The notes beneath the pieces are model-generated. The model was given only the letters and a program-made list of their open reading frames with translations, did not search any database and had not been told where the DNA came from. A stretch of DNA of 61,642 nt, taken from NCBI RefSeq assembly GCF_004010195.1, contig NC_057729.1, positions 4,699,452 to 4,761,093 of the forward strand. Direction: 5' to 3'. Both the position numbers and the translations under genes were made by a program. The stretch is from Chiloscyllium plagiosum. Lineage: Eukaryota. This document shows positions 36,754 to 47,904 of the stretch, piece after piece. The first letter of the stretch is position 1. Each line of letters starts with the position of its first letter.

Positions 36754-37333
36754 CGTCATGACTTGGAGATGCCGGTGTTGGACTGGGGTGTACAAAGTTA
36801 AAAATCAAAACACCAGGTTATAGACCGACAGGTTTAATTGGAAGCACACTAGCTTTCGGAGCATCGCTCCTTCGTCAGGTGATAGTGGAGGGCTCAATCC
36901 TAACACAGAATTTATAGCAAAAGTTTACAGTGTGATGTAACTGAAATTATACATTGAAAAATTGATTGTTAAGTCTTTCATCTGTTTGAATAGCATGATA
37001 GTTTCACTTATTTCATGTGTAAATAACAAAACCTTTTTTTAAAAGTTGCATTCTCAGGTTAGCTGTTAACAATGGATGATAGCTAGACAATATGTTGAAG
37101 GTGTTAGCCCCCTGTGTTCTCTGTCTATGCCATGATGTTTAGATTGATTCTAATCTAAAAAGTGAGATAACAGTTTTACATGAATGCATGCAGTTTTTGA
37201 GCACTGTAAATTTTTGCTATAAATTCTATGTGTTAGGATCCACTATCACCTGATGAAGGAGCGACGCTCCGAAAGCTAGTGTGCTTCCAATTAAAGCTGT
37301 TGGACTATAACCTGGTGTTGTGTGATTTTTAAC
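36754..37333. mobile_element. Palindromic Penelope pLTR insertion with 14 bp TSD
   Basis: Inverted arms ~36797-36932 and ~37202-37335; TSD TTAGTTGCTGTAGT at 36740-36753 and 37334-37347. Confidence 0.9.
37247..37281 (+). ncRNA. Minimal hammerhead ribozyme (mirror copy on - strand at 36847-36881)
   Basis: CAC-CTGATGA-A-GGAGC-GAC-GCTCC-GAAA-GCTA-GTG, with intact core and stems. Confidence 0.8.
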
Positions 37334-37795
37334 TTAGTTGCTGTAGTTTGTTTACCTAGTGCCATATTCCAAACAAGGCTATATTGGAATTGGGGTAGGG
37401 ATCACCGAGTGATCGGGTGAGCATCACTGAGAATGATCATCTGAGGAGCCACAGAGCATGATTGGCTGAGGGATCACCAAGATTAATTAGCTAAAGGATT
37501 GCTAAATGGGATTGGGTGGAAGGACTCATTGAGAGTGATTATGTGAGGGATCACCAAGCTTGACCAGAAGTCGGATCACTGAGATTGATAATTGGTGGCC
37601 TGAATCTCCCTCTGTGTGCTGATTGCTTGTCGGGTGGAGAGCAGGTAACTCCAGACCAAGTTTCGAATCTTGGACCTTCCTTTTGCCAATGTTACAAAGT
37701 GACAATTATTCTTTCTAAAATAATATAATTGGGTTTTGTGTTTTTCTTTTCATTGAAAGATAACCTGTTTTTGTGTTGTTTTTTTTTAACTGAAG

Positions 37796-37918
37796 TGCCC
37801 TGGCAATATGAGGAAGCCAGTCCAGGAACATGTGAAGACTGAGAATGGAAGGATATTAGCCACAGCAGGAGATGAGGACAACAGCCCTGAGGATGGGACT
37901 GAGCTGCTCCCTGTGTAA
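37796..37918 (+). CDS. CD40: CD40-like A exon 9 coding part (CPGNMRKPVQEHVKTENGRILATAGDEDNSPEDGTELLPV*)
   Basis: Poly-T...AAG acceptor; PVQE TRAF2/3-type motif; EDGxE like human QEDGKE; TAA at 37916-37918; total CDS 831 nt = 276 aa. Confidence 0.9.
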   Translation, partial: CPGNMRKPVQEHVKTENGRILATAGDEDNSPEDGTELLPV

Positions 37919-38647
37919 AGTGCTGCTATAAGGACTGTTCAAACAAGCACCAATGTAAGGAGGCAGTGGACATTGTGATGATGCTGATGGCTTTGTGTTT
38001 TTTGTGGGGTTTCTTCGAGTTCAGCATCACTCTTGGCATGGTCAAAGACCAGAATGGGCATCCAGCTATGGACCTACTAATCCCAGCATCAAAGATTTCT
38101 GCATGGAACAACTGACACAGGCAAGATGCCTCAAAACCCTCTTCGGTGCAGTATCCTACGACAATATATTATAATCCGCCAACTCAGTGACAGAGCATGG
38201 ACAGAGCAGCTTCAGCTAAAGTACCTTTTCTGATTTGATATAAAGATGAAATGTTTTCTGATCCAGAGCTCTTATAGTCAGATTGCTGCTTCCTTCTCAG
38301 AGCAGCAAAGTTGCATTCTGTTCCATCCCTCCCGTTAATCTCCAATCATGGGTCTCTGTCCTGAACTGTCTGAAAGCCGATCATTTTTCCTACACATCAG
38401 TGCCTGTAAATGCTAAATTCCCAACACTGTGCTTAGTCTGTAAATTTTCTTTGTAATTTGTTTGGAATTATGGACAGTTTCCGACCCTTACAGTTTTTTC
38501 TACACTAGAGGCCCCATACTAAGGCCATTGTCCCTTGTGTATAACTCCAATGATGCCCTTGTATCTCTCCCTGATGGTTCTTATGAAACAATGTATATTT
38601 TTATAAATGTACAGGTGTGATTTAAGCATGATGACTTTGTAAAAATG

Positions 38648-38653
38648 AATAAA
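38648..38653 (+). terminator. Candidate polyadenylation signal of CD40-like A
   Basis: AATAAA about 730 nt after the stop, in an AT-rich 3' UTR context. Confidence 0.5.
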
Positions 38654-39803
38654 ATGAATAACTGACTGTCATTTAATGAAGTCAAGTTATTTCCTTGAAT
38701 GCAAGCCAGTGTTTGTAATGAGGGAGGGTCACTGACAGCAATTGATCCAACTGATTGCAATATTGAGGGCCGAAGGACCTGTACTGAGCAGTTATGTTCT
38801 GTGAGTGTCTTCACTATTCATCTGTTCTAAGCTTTAGTGATTGTTTTTATAACCTTAGCTCTTCTCGTCTTTCTGTCTTGCCCCTGAGTTTTGTTAATAT
38901 TCAGTTCCATAAAATAACATATCTTTACATTTAATTAGTACCTTTCACAAGCTTAGGATGTTCCAAAGTGCTTTCCATGTACTTTCAAAGCCCAATCACC
39001 ATTGTAAATGCAGAAGCCAACTCTGCACTGCAAGATTCCACAAAGGATAATAAGATACGTTCAAAAGAAAGAATTTCATTTATATTGTACCACTTGTGAC
39101 CACCAGCCTTCTCAAAGCACTTTACAGTCAATGGAGTGCTTTTGAAGTATAACTATTGTAATCTAGAAAAAATGGCAATCAATTTGTGCACAGCAAGCTC
39201 CCACAATCAGCAATTTGATAATGGCCAAAGTGATCAGATTTTGTGATGTTAATTGAGGAACAAATATTGGCCAGGGAAACAGGAAATAATTCCATCTGAT
39301 CCTTTTTTGAGATTTCTCTATACCAACCTAGAAGGACAGGGATGACTCAGTTTAATATTTCTTCTAGAAGATGGGTCATCATTTAATTTCCAATGCACTA
39401 TTAAAAAAAAGATTTAATGACATTAACACTGCGATGTAGTGACTGCTATTTTTAAAATCTGTGCCATAAACATGACTTAAGAAACCAGGGGAATGGGTAT
39501 TGGTGGGAAGCAACACTTTTAACACTGGTGACAATCAGAAGGATGGGGTTAGTCACAAACCTATTTAGACAAATGCAGCTCAATTTATTTTTAGGAGTCT
39601 ATTCCCATATTAAAGTGTTTAAACTAAATGGAATGCATGTTGTTTCTGGCAAGTACAGTTTGGCAAATTTGTGCAGCACCTCTGTATTCATTTGTTTCTC
39701 CAGGACACAAACTTAGAGTCTTTGTTACCTCAATCAGACCCATTCCATTTTGAAGGCAACAATCACAGTGTAATTGCAGGCTCCAGCCACTAGCTGGCTC
39801 TGT

Positions 39804-40327
39804 GGAGTGGGTCTTTTTGTTTTTTCTTTCTTTTTTTTCTTTTTTTATTATTTTAACCCCCACACTACCACCTAACTGCGGTAGTGCTTAACGCTTCTGT
39901 TTATTTTTTTTTACCCATGTGTGTGCAGGTGTGAGACACAGTGAAAGACACAAAGTGCACGAATCTTTATTCAAATTCCACCACCAGGAAGATAGGAAAA
40001 CACCCGGGTGGCCAGTGACAAACACTGCCCTTCACATCAAAGGGCAGTGCTGTGTGATCAAAACAGTGAAGGGGAGGGGTGGAGTGGGTCTTTTTTTTTT
40101 CCTATCTTTTTTTTCTTTTCTTTTCCCCCCACACTACCACCTAAGAGCGGTAGTGCTTATTTTTTTTCCCCAGCACCCATGGTGTGTGTGTGCAGGTGTG
40201 ATACACAGTGAAAGACACAAAGTGCATGAATCTTTATTCAAATTCCACCACCAGGAAGACAGGAAAACACCCGGGTGGCCAGTGCTGTGTGATCAAAACA
40301 GTGAAGGGGAGGGGTGGAGTGGGTCTT
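39804..40327 (-). repeat. Two tandem copies of an unclassified retroposon-like 3' end (~250-275 bp), bounded by GGAGTGGGTCTT x3
   Basis: Units start at 39804 and 40081, third boundary motif at 40316; minus strand has AATAAA and an A-rich tail; related fragments at ~40441-40465 (inverted) and ~41320-41421. Confidence 0.8.
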
Positions 40328-40493
40328 AATGTAAAAGAGTCCCTTCTCATTGGCTGACCATTAGGCAGTGACACAGTGTTTTAGGAGGACCATTTTAAAA
40401 CTCAGTCTCAATAAGACACACAGAGTAGACAGTCCCAGGTACACCTGCACACACGCAACATGGGTAAAGAAAGGAAAAAAAATTAAACAGGAA

Positions 40494-40608
40494 TGTCAAG
40501 GGTTCTTTCATTCTGAGAGCTGGCTCTGAGGGAGCTGGATCAGTGTCAAGGACATGTAAATAAAGGGTGACTTGGTGATGGGATACCGGTCTCTGTGGAG
40601 TTATTTCA
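40494..40608 (+). mobile_element. LTR-like fragment
   Basis: TG...AATAAAGGGTGACTTGGTGATGGGATACCGG...TTATTTCA followed by GTGGC (PBS-like start). Confidence 0.4.
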
Positions 40609-42059
40609 GTGGCAGAGAGAGAAAAAAAGACAGTCACAGGTAATAGTCGTTTGTCTGTATTCAGTTACCCAGTTTCATCCTGTCAATAAGTATTAGCGAC
40701 TGACCTCAGTGCATCTGATGAAGAGAAGGAATGGGATATTCCCAGTGGAAGATTGAACCGGGCAATAATTGATGCTCTTGATTGCTCATTTATGGAAAAG
40801 ATTTCATGCATGGAAATTGGGTGAAGGCAGGACAGGGTTCAATGCTAACAGCCTTCTTGAGGGATTACAGTCCACTGAGCCAATCCTGGGTGGTTGACTC
40901 AAAATAGCTCTTGTCTACTTCCTAAAGGACAGGCATTGGTTAAGCTGTAAATTCCTTATAAGTTAAAACGTTTGAATTTCTGTTGCAATTATCAAAGTCC
41001 TGTGGCATCCCAAAGCACTTTACCACCAATGAGGTTCTCTAGAACTGCTATCATTGAGGGAATGAAATGCAGCAAGATCCCACAGAGAGCCAAGTGGATA
41101 CTGACCTGCTTTAGTAGTGTTAAGTAATAAATATTGTCTGGGACACTAAGAACTCCCCTCTTTTACTCTGGAATGATGCTTATTCACCTGACAGGGCCTG
41201 ATGAAACCAAAGTCAGAAAGACACCTCTGGGGTTATAGTGCCTGACTGCCTTTCACTGTTGCACGTCAGTGTCCATTGAGAAGTAGCACGTGGTGCCCTC
41301 CAGCATCTTTTTTTTTCATAGTGCTGTGTGATCAAAACAGTGAAGGGGAGGGGAAATCTCCTGTTTATTTTTCTTTTTTTTTCCTTTTATTTTAGACACA
41401 AAGTGCACGAATCTTTATTCACAGCATCTCTTCACAGAGACCGGCTCACAGGGACTGGCTGCATCATTACCAATACTAAACTTGATATTTTAACAATGTT
41501 TTAATATTATTCTCATAAGTTTCCATTGTAGTTTTGTGAATTTCTATTGATCGTTTGATTTTACTTTTGTTGCAATCCCCCATCAGGGCCATTCAACTTG
41601 ATTAGCGTACGCTTAAAGGAGTAGAAAGGCACCTCTGACAGTACAGCACTCCTTCAGGACTGTAAATGCTTCCCTGGATTTTACACGTGAATCTAGGGGG
41701 TCCGCAACACACGAAGTTGCGAGAATTAGCACATTCCCAGCGGAGAATCACATATTTACCGGAGTGACTGAAGCAAAATGCACTGTCTGTTGCAAATCTT
41801 TTAATAAATGGAAGATGTAGGTTTTATTCAATGGGTCAAGCAGCGTCAGTGGAAAAGTAGAGATAAAAACAACCTTTTAAGATTAACCAGAATTGAATGA
41901 TCCATCCTGATTCTCTATGCAGTTGTAAACCTCTTTCAACCTCGAATTTCCCAGTTTGGAATGAAATGTTAATGAAGTGTAAACCCTGGCTGAGGAGGAT
42001 GGGTTGGGAGTGTGTGTGAGAGAGAGTGAGAGAGACTGTAAACTCGACTGAGTGGTGTC

Positions 42060-42290
42060 AGGAATGGGACGCCTCCACGGCCTCTCTGATTCCGCCTTCC
42101 GCTCGATAAGCCAGTCCTTCCCGGATCGTGATTGGGAATATCTCGGAGCCGCAGTCCAGGCCTCCCTCTCATCCCCAAAGCCAAACCAAATCCTTACTGG
42201 GAGTGAGCTTGGGGCGAACGCCAGCGACTGAGATGCGACCCGCACAAAGTCAGGGATCAGACCATTCCGGCTGGGAACTCGGATGCCATG
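42060..42290 (+). promoter_or_regulatory. CpG-enriched promoter/5' UTR of CD40-like B
   Basis: Local CpG rise; GAS/ETS-like TTCCCGGAT 42118-42126; ATTGG 42131-42135; imperfect kB-like GGGAATATCT 42134-42143. Confidence 0.45.
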
Positions 42291-42294
42291 CAGA

Positions 42295-42339
42295 ATGAAA
42301 GTGCGGCGCTACCTCTGGCTGGTGGTTCAGGCGATTCAG
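42295..42339 (+). CDS. CD40: CD40-like B probable exon 1 (MKVRRYLWLVVQAIQ; in-frame upstream ATG at 42283)
   Basis: Basic then hydrophobic signal-like N-terminus ending CAG at phase 0 like copy A; donor CAG|GTTATT is weak. Confidence 0.55.
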
Positions 42340-42754
42340 GTTATTTCTGTGTCTGTGTCTCTGTGTGTTTGCAGGAGAGTGCTGAAATCACAGGCTGTTG
42401 TTCTGTGTTTACAAAGGTTTAAGATTAACGAGAACTGCTGGATTGAGAAGGGGAGCAGGATTGTGTCGGGGTTATGTATCTCTCTGAGGTGTCTGAGTAA
42501 CATTCTCTGTATACACAGAAACCGGGGAGTGCTGTGATATCTCACTGCAAGCAGCGAGGCTTCACTCACTGTATGGGGCTCGGAGCACGGAGAGCAGGAT
42601 TACTCTCTGTCCTTGGCTGCAGGCCTTTTCCGAATGGCTCGGCCCAGCCGCAGGGGTGACCCCTACACCAACACTGCAAATGGTCAGGGCTCAATTTCAG
42701 TGACAGCAGAAAGTGTAATCATTGGGCACTCAACTCTGCAGTGATATGTACGTC

Positions 42755-43229
42755 TAAAAAGGTGGACTCACTGGGCAGTGATACATAACATCTGAAAATG
42801 TGGACTCACTGGGCGGTGATATATAACATCTGAGAAATTGGACTCTCTGGGTGATGATATATAACATCTGAAAAGGTAGAATAACTGGGTGGTGATATAT
42901 AACATCTGAAAAGGTAGAATAACTGGGTGGTGATATATAAGAACTGAGAAAGTAGAATAACTGGGTGGTGATATATAACATCTGAGAAGGTAGAATAACT
43001 GGGTGGTGATATATAAGAACTGAGAAGGTGGACTCTCTGGGTGGTGATATATAACATCTGAGAAGGTGGACTCTCTGGGTGGTGATATATAACATCTGAG
43101 AAGGTGGACTCTCTGGGTGATGATATATAACATCTGAGAAGGTGGACTCTCTGGGTGGTGATATATAACAACTGAGAAGGTGGACTCTCTGGGTGGTGAT
43201 ATATAACAACTGAGAAGGTGGACTCACTG
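42755..43229. repeat. 38 bp minisatellite, about 12.5 copies
   Basis: Unit GGTGGACTCTCTGGGTGGTGATATATAACATCTGAGAA with a central block of the GGTAGAATAACT variant. Confidence 0.95.
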
Positions 43230-44591
43230 TGCAATATTGTAAAATTGTTAATTGTTGACCTGCGTTACTTTCAATGTTCCCTTTCCTTTGATGTAGCTGT
43301 CTGCCAATGTAATCTCTAAACCTATTTAACAAATCCTGATTCAGATTAATCTCTGAGACGGAGACTGGAAGTATATTTAAAATATAAGGAGAAAAGGGAG
43401 TGTTGGTTTCAGTCATGTTGGCACTAAGGCGGCCATGAGATAGGAAAGATTTTTTTTAGTGTCTTTCACAATTGCAGAGTGTCCCAAAACACTTTACTGG
43501 CAATTAAAAGCACTTTTGTAATGACTGGTCTAACTTAGGAAGTGCACACTTCTGTTTGGACACATTAGACTCAAATACTAACGTGACCACATACATCTGC
43601 GTTGGATTAATGATGAATTTTGGCTGCAACCCTGGAAGAATGCTGGTAAAGCAGAAACTTGGTTTACTTTAAAAGAAAAAGCAAATATATTTTGAGTGAA
43701 TCGCTTTGAATTCAAAGGGGTAAATGAGGAATGCATTCAGAGGAAAAAATAGATGGTTGTTTGGATACTTGGGACAGGCGGAACAGGTTAGCAACAAGTA
43801 CATGGGACTTGAATGTAGGTTCCACTCATGATTATCAGCACATTACCCAGGGTGATGGTGAATAACTTCTCTCTATGGACAGGAGAAATACTTAAATAAC
43901 AAGTTTGGCTGTGCAGCCTATTGGCCAGATTATAGTGGGAGAGTTGACATAGCAGTTTATAATGGTTACTTGATAGACACATTTGACCAAAAACGAATTG
44001 GCAATAGTAATTGCTTATGGACAGGAATCAGCTGTTCTACGTAAGATTTTTAAATTTTATATGTATTATACATTATATAATGCTTATCGTATATACACAA
44101 GCTTATTCTTTTCCTTATCATAATCACTCATTAAGCTTCTGTACGCAATTATATTGAATAGAGTTTTCAGGATATTGTGAAAAAGCCAATGGAGCTTTGG
44201 ATGCAATGTCATCTTCATGTTTCATGTTATTTTTTCAACCTTCAGTTTCTGCCACAACCCTTCTCCTTATGTTACAATCTTTGCCATTGTCTTGGGCTGT
44301 ATTCGTCCCTTTGCATACCTGCCATTCTGTTCAATCCCAGTCTGAATTTTCAACCCCCTCCGCTTCCCATTGTTAAGTGGAAACACTGTCTGTTTCCGTC
44401 TCAGCAACATTGTTCATTTGTCCCCAGTTCAGTGTGTCTTGTGTCGAAACCCTCATACATATTTTTTGGCATTTCCAAAGTCTGTACGAGTAAGTTTGAA
44501 TTTGTGTGATTGTGTAAAACTGGAGATAAGGGATCAACCAAGTGTTCCAGTTTTCAGTTGTGAAAATTAGGTCAGGAGAGAATTAAGGCTG

Positions 44592-44807
44592 AAAATGTGT
44601 TGCTGGAAAAGCGCAGCAGGTCAGGCAGCATCCAAGGAGCAGGAGAATGGATGTTTCGGGCATGAGCCCTTCTTCAGGATTCCTGAAGAAGGGCTCATGC
44701 CCGAAACATCGATTCTCCTGCTCCTTGGATGCTGCCTGACCTGCTGCGCTTTTCCAGAACACATTTTCAGCTCTGATCTCCAGCATCTGCAGTCCTCACT
44801 TTCTCCT
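44592..44807. mobile_element. Near-perfect palindromic Penelope pLTR insertion with 18 bp TSD and back-to-back hammerheads
   Basis: Arms 44588-44679 and 44681-44771 (1 nt centre); CTGAAGA-A-GGGC-TCAT-GCCC-GAAA 44683-44706; TSD AGGAGAGAATTAAGGCTG at 44574-44591 and 44808-44825. Confidence 0.92.
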
Positions 44808-45050
44808 AGGAGAGAATTAAGGCTGCTGATCATTATCACCTGTTTTATGATATCATCCAAAATTTAAATTGCCCACTGCTCTTTCACACTTCCAAACTTT
44901 TTAAAAAAAGCGAGTCCACATTGTGTTCCCTCCCTTGCCCATTATTATAATTTCGGATGCCCATGCCATAATGGTGTGGCTGAGCAGTCTTCGACAGATG
45001 CACTGCTAACAATCCTCCTCCTTGGTATCAAAGCTACATTCCTGATACCA

Positions 45051-45460
45051 TGTGGAGAAGGATACTTGCACAGTAGGAGATAGGCTCAATCTTGATCAAC
45101 AGCAAAAGTTTATTACATATTTATAATTAGCACATTACATTGATGACCTCTTAGAAGACATCAGGCTCAGTTTAAGAGTACACAATATTGCTAGCTAGGT
45201 GGACTATGCACCCTAACAATTACAACATGACATATTGTAATGAGTTAGAGCACATGAACACACCGGTTTGCTCCTCCTGGGAACAATTTTTTATCTCTTG
45301 ATAAGCAAAGCTTATCTCATTAATGTTGGTTAACTGCTTTGGATACTAACTACCTTACAGAATACCCATCATCTCTCCAGTTCTTGCTGACCTTAAGTGG
45401 CTCTCCTGACCCTCTATGCAATGCAATGAGAGTTTTCACTCTATATCCCTAACCCCAACA
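45051..45460 (-). mobile_element. Possible solo LTR
   Basis: TG...CA ends (TGTTGGGG...CTCCACA on minus), AATAAA about 60 nt from the 3' end; flanks TACCA/CGCCA could be a CpG-decayed 5 bp TSD. Confidence 0.35.
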
Positions 45461-46424
45461 CGCCAATCCTCTGATGTAAGCCCCTTCGATGTTTCTATTC
45501 CCTTCATCTTATATGCAAGTGACAGGGCCTTCTCCTTCAATGTTCTACACCTGGAATTCTAACTCTAAATGGTTATGTTCTCATTTGAGAAGCTCTCCAA
45601 AACCTGTTCCTTTAACCAAGTTTGTGCCCAATGCATTTTGTTCTGCTTTCCTGGCTCATTGCCTTTTTGTCCAGAAGCTTATTCCATCAGTTAGCACAGC
45701 TGCCTCACAATGCCAGGGACCCTGGTTCGCGTCGATGCATGGGTGACTGCATGCCCACATTGTACGTGCCATGCTTTTTTTAATATTACAGGTGTTATAT
45801 AAAATGGCTGCTATTGTTGTTAAGCAAAGCAAACAGATGCAGATGTTCCCAAGAGTGGGCCATAGTGCACCATCTTCTGAGGCACTAAATGCATTATTCT
45901 CTTGGCTCTCAAAAGTGTCAACCGATCCTTGGAACTCAGTACACGTGATCCGAATCCCGACCAGAGATGGATGTTGGGACAGTGATGCAGCGTCAATCCA
46001 TAGCTCCTGCTCAGTACTGGGAGGGGAATGATTAATAGCAGCACTTATTCAGTGCAAGTTGCATCTCCACTTCCATAATGCTAAGAGTTAGGACGGTCAA
46101 ATAAAATGTAGCAAATGAAATGTGTTAATCAGTATGTGCCCACAGACACCTTTAAAGATGAAACCTTACATTTCCCATGCTCCTTCAGAATTTTATAATT
46201 TTGGGAATGCAAAACGCAAGCTTTTGTGTTTATTAGTCTTGTCCTGGTGTACCAGTAATGGAATGACAGAGGAAGGGGTAGACATCAATAGCTCAAGTAT
46301 TGCAAGCTCACATCCACTGCAATCTCAATGTAACTGCTTATTTTAGGTGAGCCAAATTTCAGCTTCCACATTGAATTGTAGACTATACCCTAACTCACTT
46401 GTGAAAATCATGGTGTTCCATGTG

Positions 46425-46950
46425 TTTGAGGAAAGACATTCTGGCTATTGAGGGAGTGTAGCGTAAGTTCATGAGGTCAATTCCTGGAATGGCGGGATTA
46501 CCTTACACTGAAAGACTGGAGCGACTGGGCTTGTATACCCTTGAGTTTAGAAGACTGAGAGAGGATCTGATTGAGACATATAAGATTATTAAAGGATTGG
46601 ACACTCTGGAGGCAGGAAACATGTTTCCGCTGATGGGTGAGTGCCGAACCAGAGGACACAGCTTAAAAATACAGGTTAGACCATTTAGGACAGAGATGAG
46701 GAGAAACATCTTCACCCAGAGAGTGGTGGCTGTGTGGAATGCTCTGCCCCAGAGGGCAGTGGCGGCCCAGTCTCTGGATTCATTTAAGAAAGAGTTGGCT
46801 GGAGCTCTCAAGGATAGTGGAATCAAGGGTTATGGAGATAAGGCAGGAACAGGATACTGATTAAGGATGATCAGCCATGATCATACTGAATGGTGGTGCA
46901 GGCTCGAAGGGCAGAATGGCCTACTCCTGCACCTATTGTCTATTGTCTAA
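46425..46950 (+). mobile_element. CR1 LINE 3' end, relatively young (open ORF 46471-46860)
   Basis: YTERLERLGLYTLEFRRLREDLIETYKIIKGLD...FTQRVVAVWNALP; CTATTGT repeat tail. Confidence 0.9.
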
Positions 46951-47904
46951 AAATGTAACGTCATTGTAAAACAGAGGCACCTACTAGAGATATGTCTTGT
47001 GAGCTGCATTCTAGTTGGTTTATTTTTTTAAAGCTTTTCTGGCATTGTGTCAACTTCCATGAAGTCAGCTGTTGCCAATTTTCTAATTGCCTGCATTCCT
47101 CTTGTTCATATCTTGAGACCAGCCTGCTCCCCCATGTCCCTGTGTCCACTATTGCTTCCAGCTTCCACCCTCAGTGGCAAACGGTCACTTGTTGCAAATA
47201 TCCTGGTTCTGCACCCATCCATCACATAGAATTCAATCATCATTTCATATTGCACATCAGTTATTATCATCCCCATTGATGTAGTAGTTTTGGCTAGGGT
47301 GAAGATGAGTCAGAAATTTGTGGGCTCAGATCACACACATGAGGCTGATAAATCACTGTAGTGATGAGGGAGCTGGGCATTGTCAGAGGCACTGCCTTTG
47401 GGATGATTCATTTAACTGAGATCCAAGTTCCTCTTTCAGGTGTTTGTGAAAGATTCCATGGCACTATTCTGAGGAAGAACATGGTCCTCACTGACATCTG
47501 CAACTCATCCAGCATTATTACTAAAACAGATTAGCTGATCATCCAGTTTATTGCTTTTTGTCATTGTCCACAACTTGACTGCAGTGTCTTCTACATTTCT
47601 ATAGCAGTTGCATTTTAGATGTGTGTGAGGTGAGTTGAGACATTCTGAAAGCTGCTGTATAAACGCAAGTTCAATCATGCCAGCTATGTTAATTTGTGAA
47701 CTATGACTTAATGTTTATTAATCTATTGTGCAACAGGGTGTGGTAACCATGCTGTTTAATAAAGGTGTGATGAGGGAGAAGAATCATTTCTGTTCTTGGC
47801 CCACAGAGAATCCCACCCCCATAAAGGGTTATCCCCTGAGTAGCACCAATCTCTGGGCTGGTGTAAAGGACACAGCAGAAAGTGCTGAGGCCTTAAATGT
47901 GTCG

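Noticed and set aside
37916-37960. Stop readthrough (SAAIRTVQTS) faintly resembling human RISVQE
   Set aside because: Similarity is too weak, and TAA-A is not a leaky stop context.
39938-39985. RSS-like CACAGTG heptamer in the tandem repeat
   Set aside because: No nonamer at 12 or 23 bp spacing and no V/D/J segments.
42755-43229. CRISPR-like periodicity and long minus-strand ORFs (220, 142 and 121 aa)
   Set aside because: No unique spacers and a eukaryotic context; the ORFs are just translations of a tandem 38-mer.
45023-45050. TGGTATCA..TGATACCA palindrome resembling a tRNA-Met PBS beside the putative LTR
   Set aside because: No internal retroelement sequence follows; may be coincidental.
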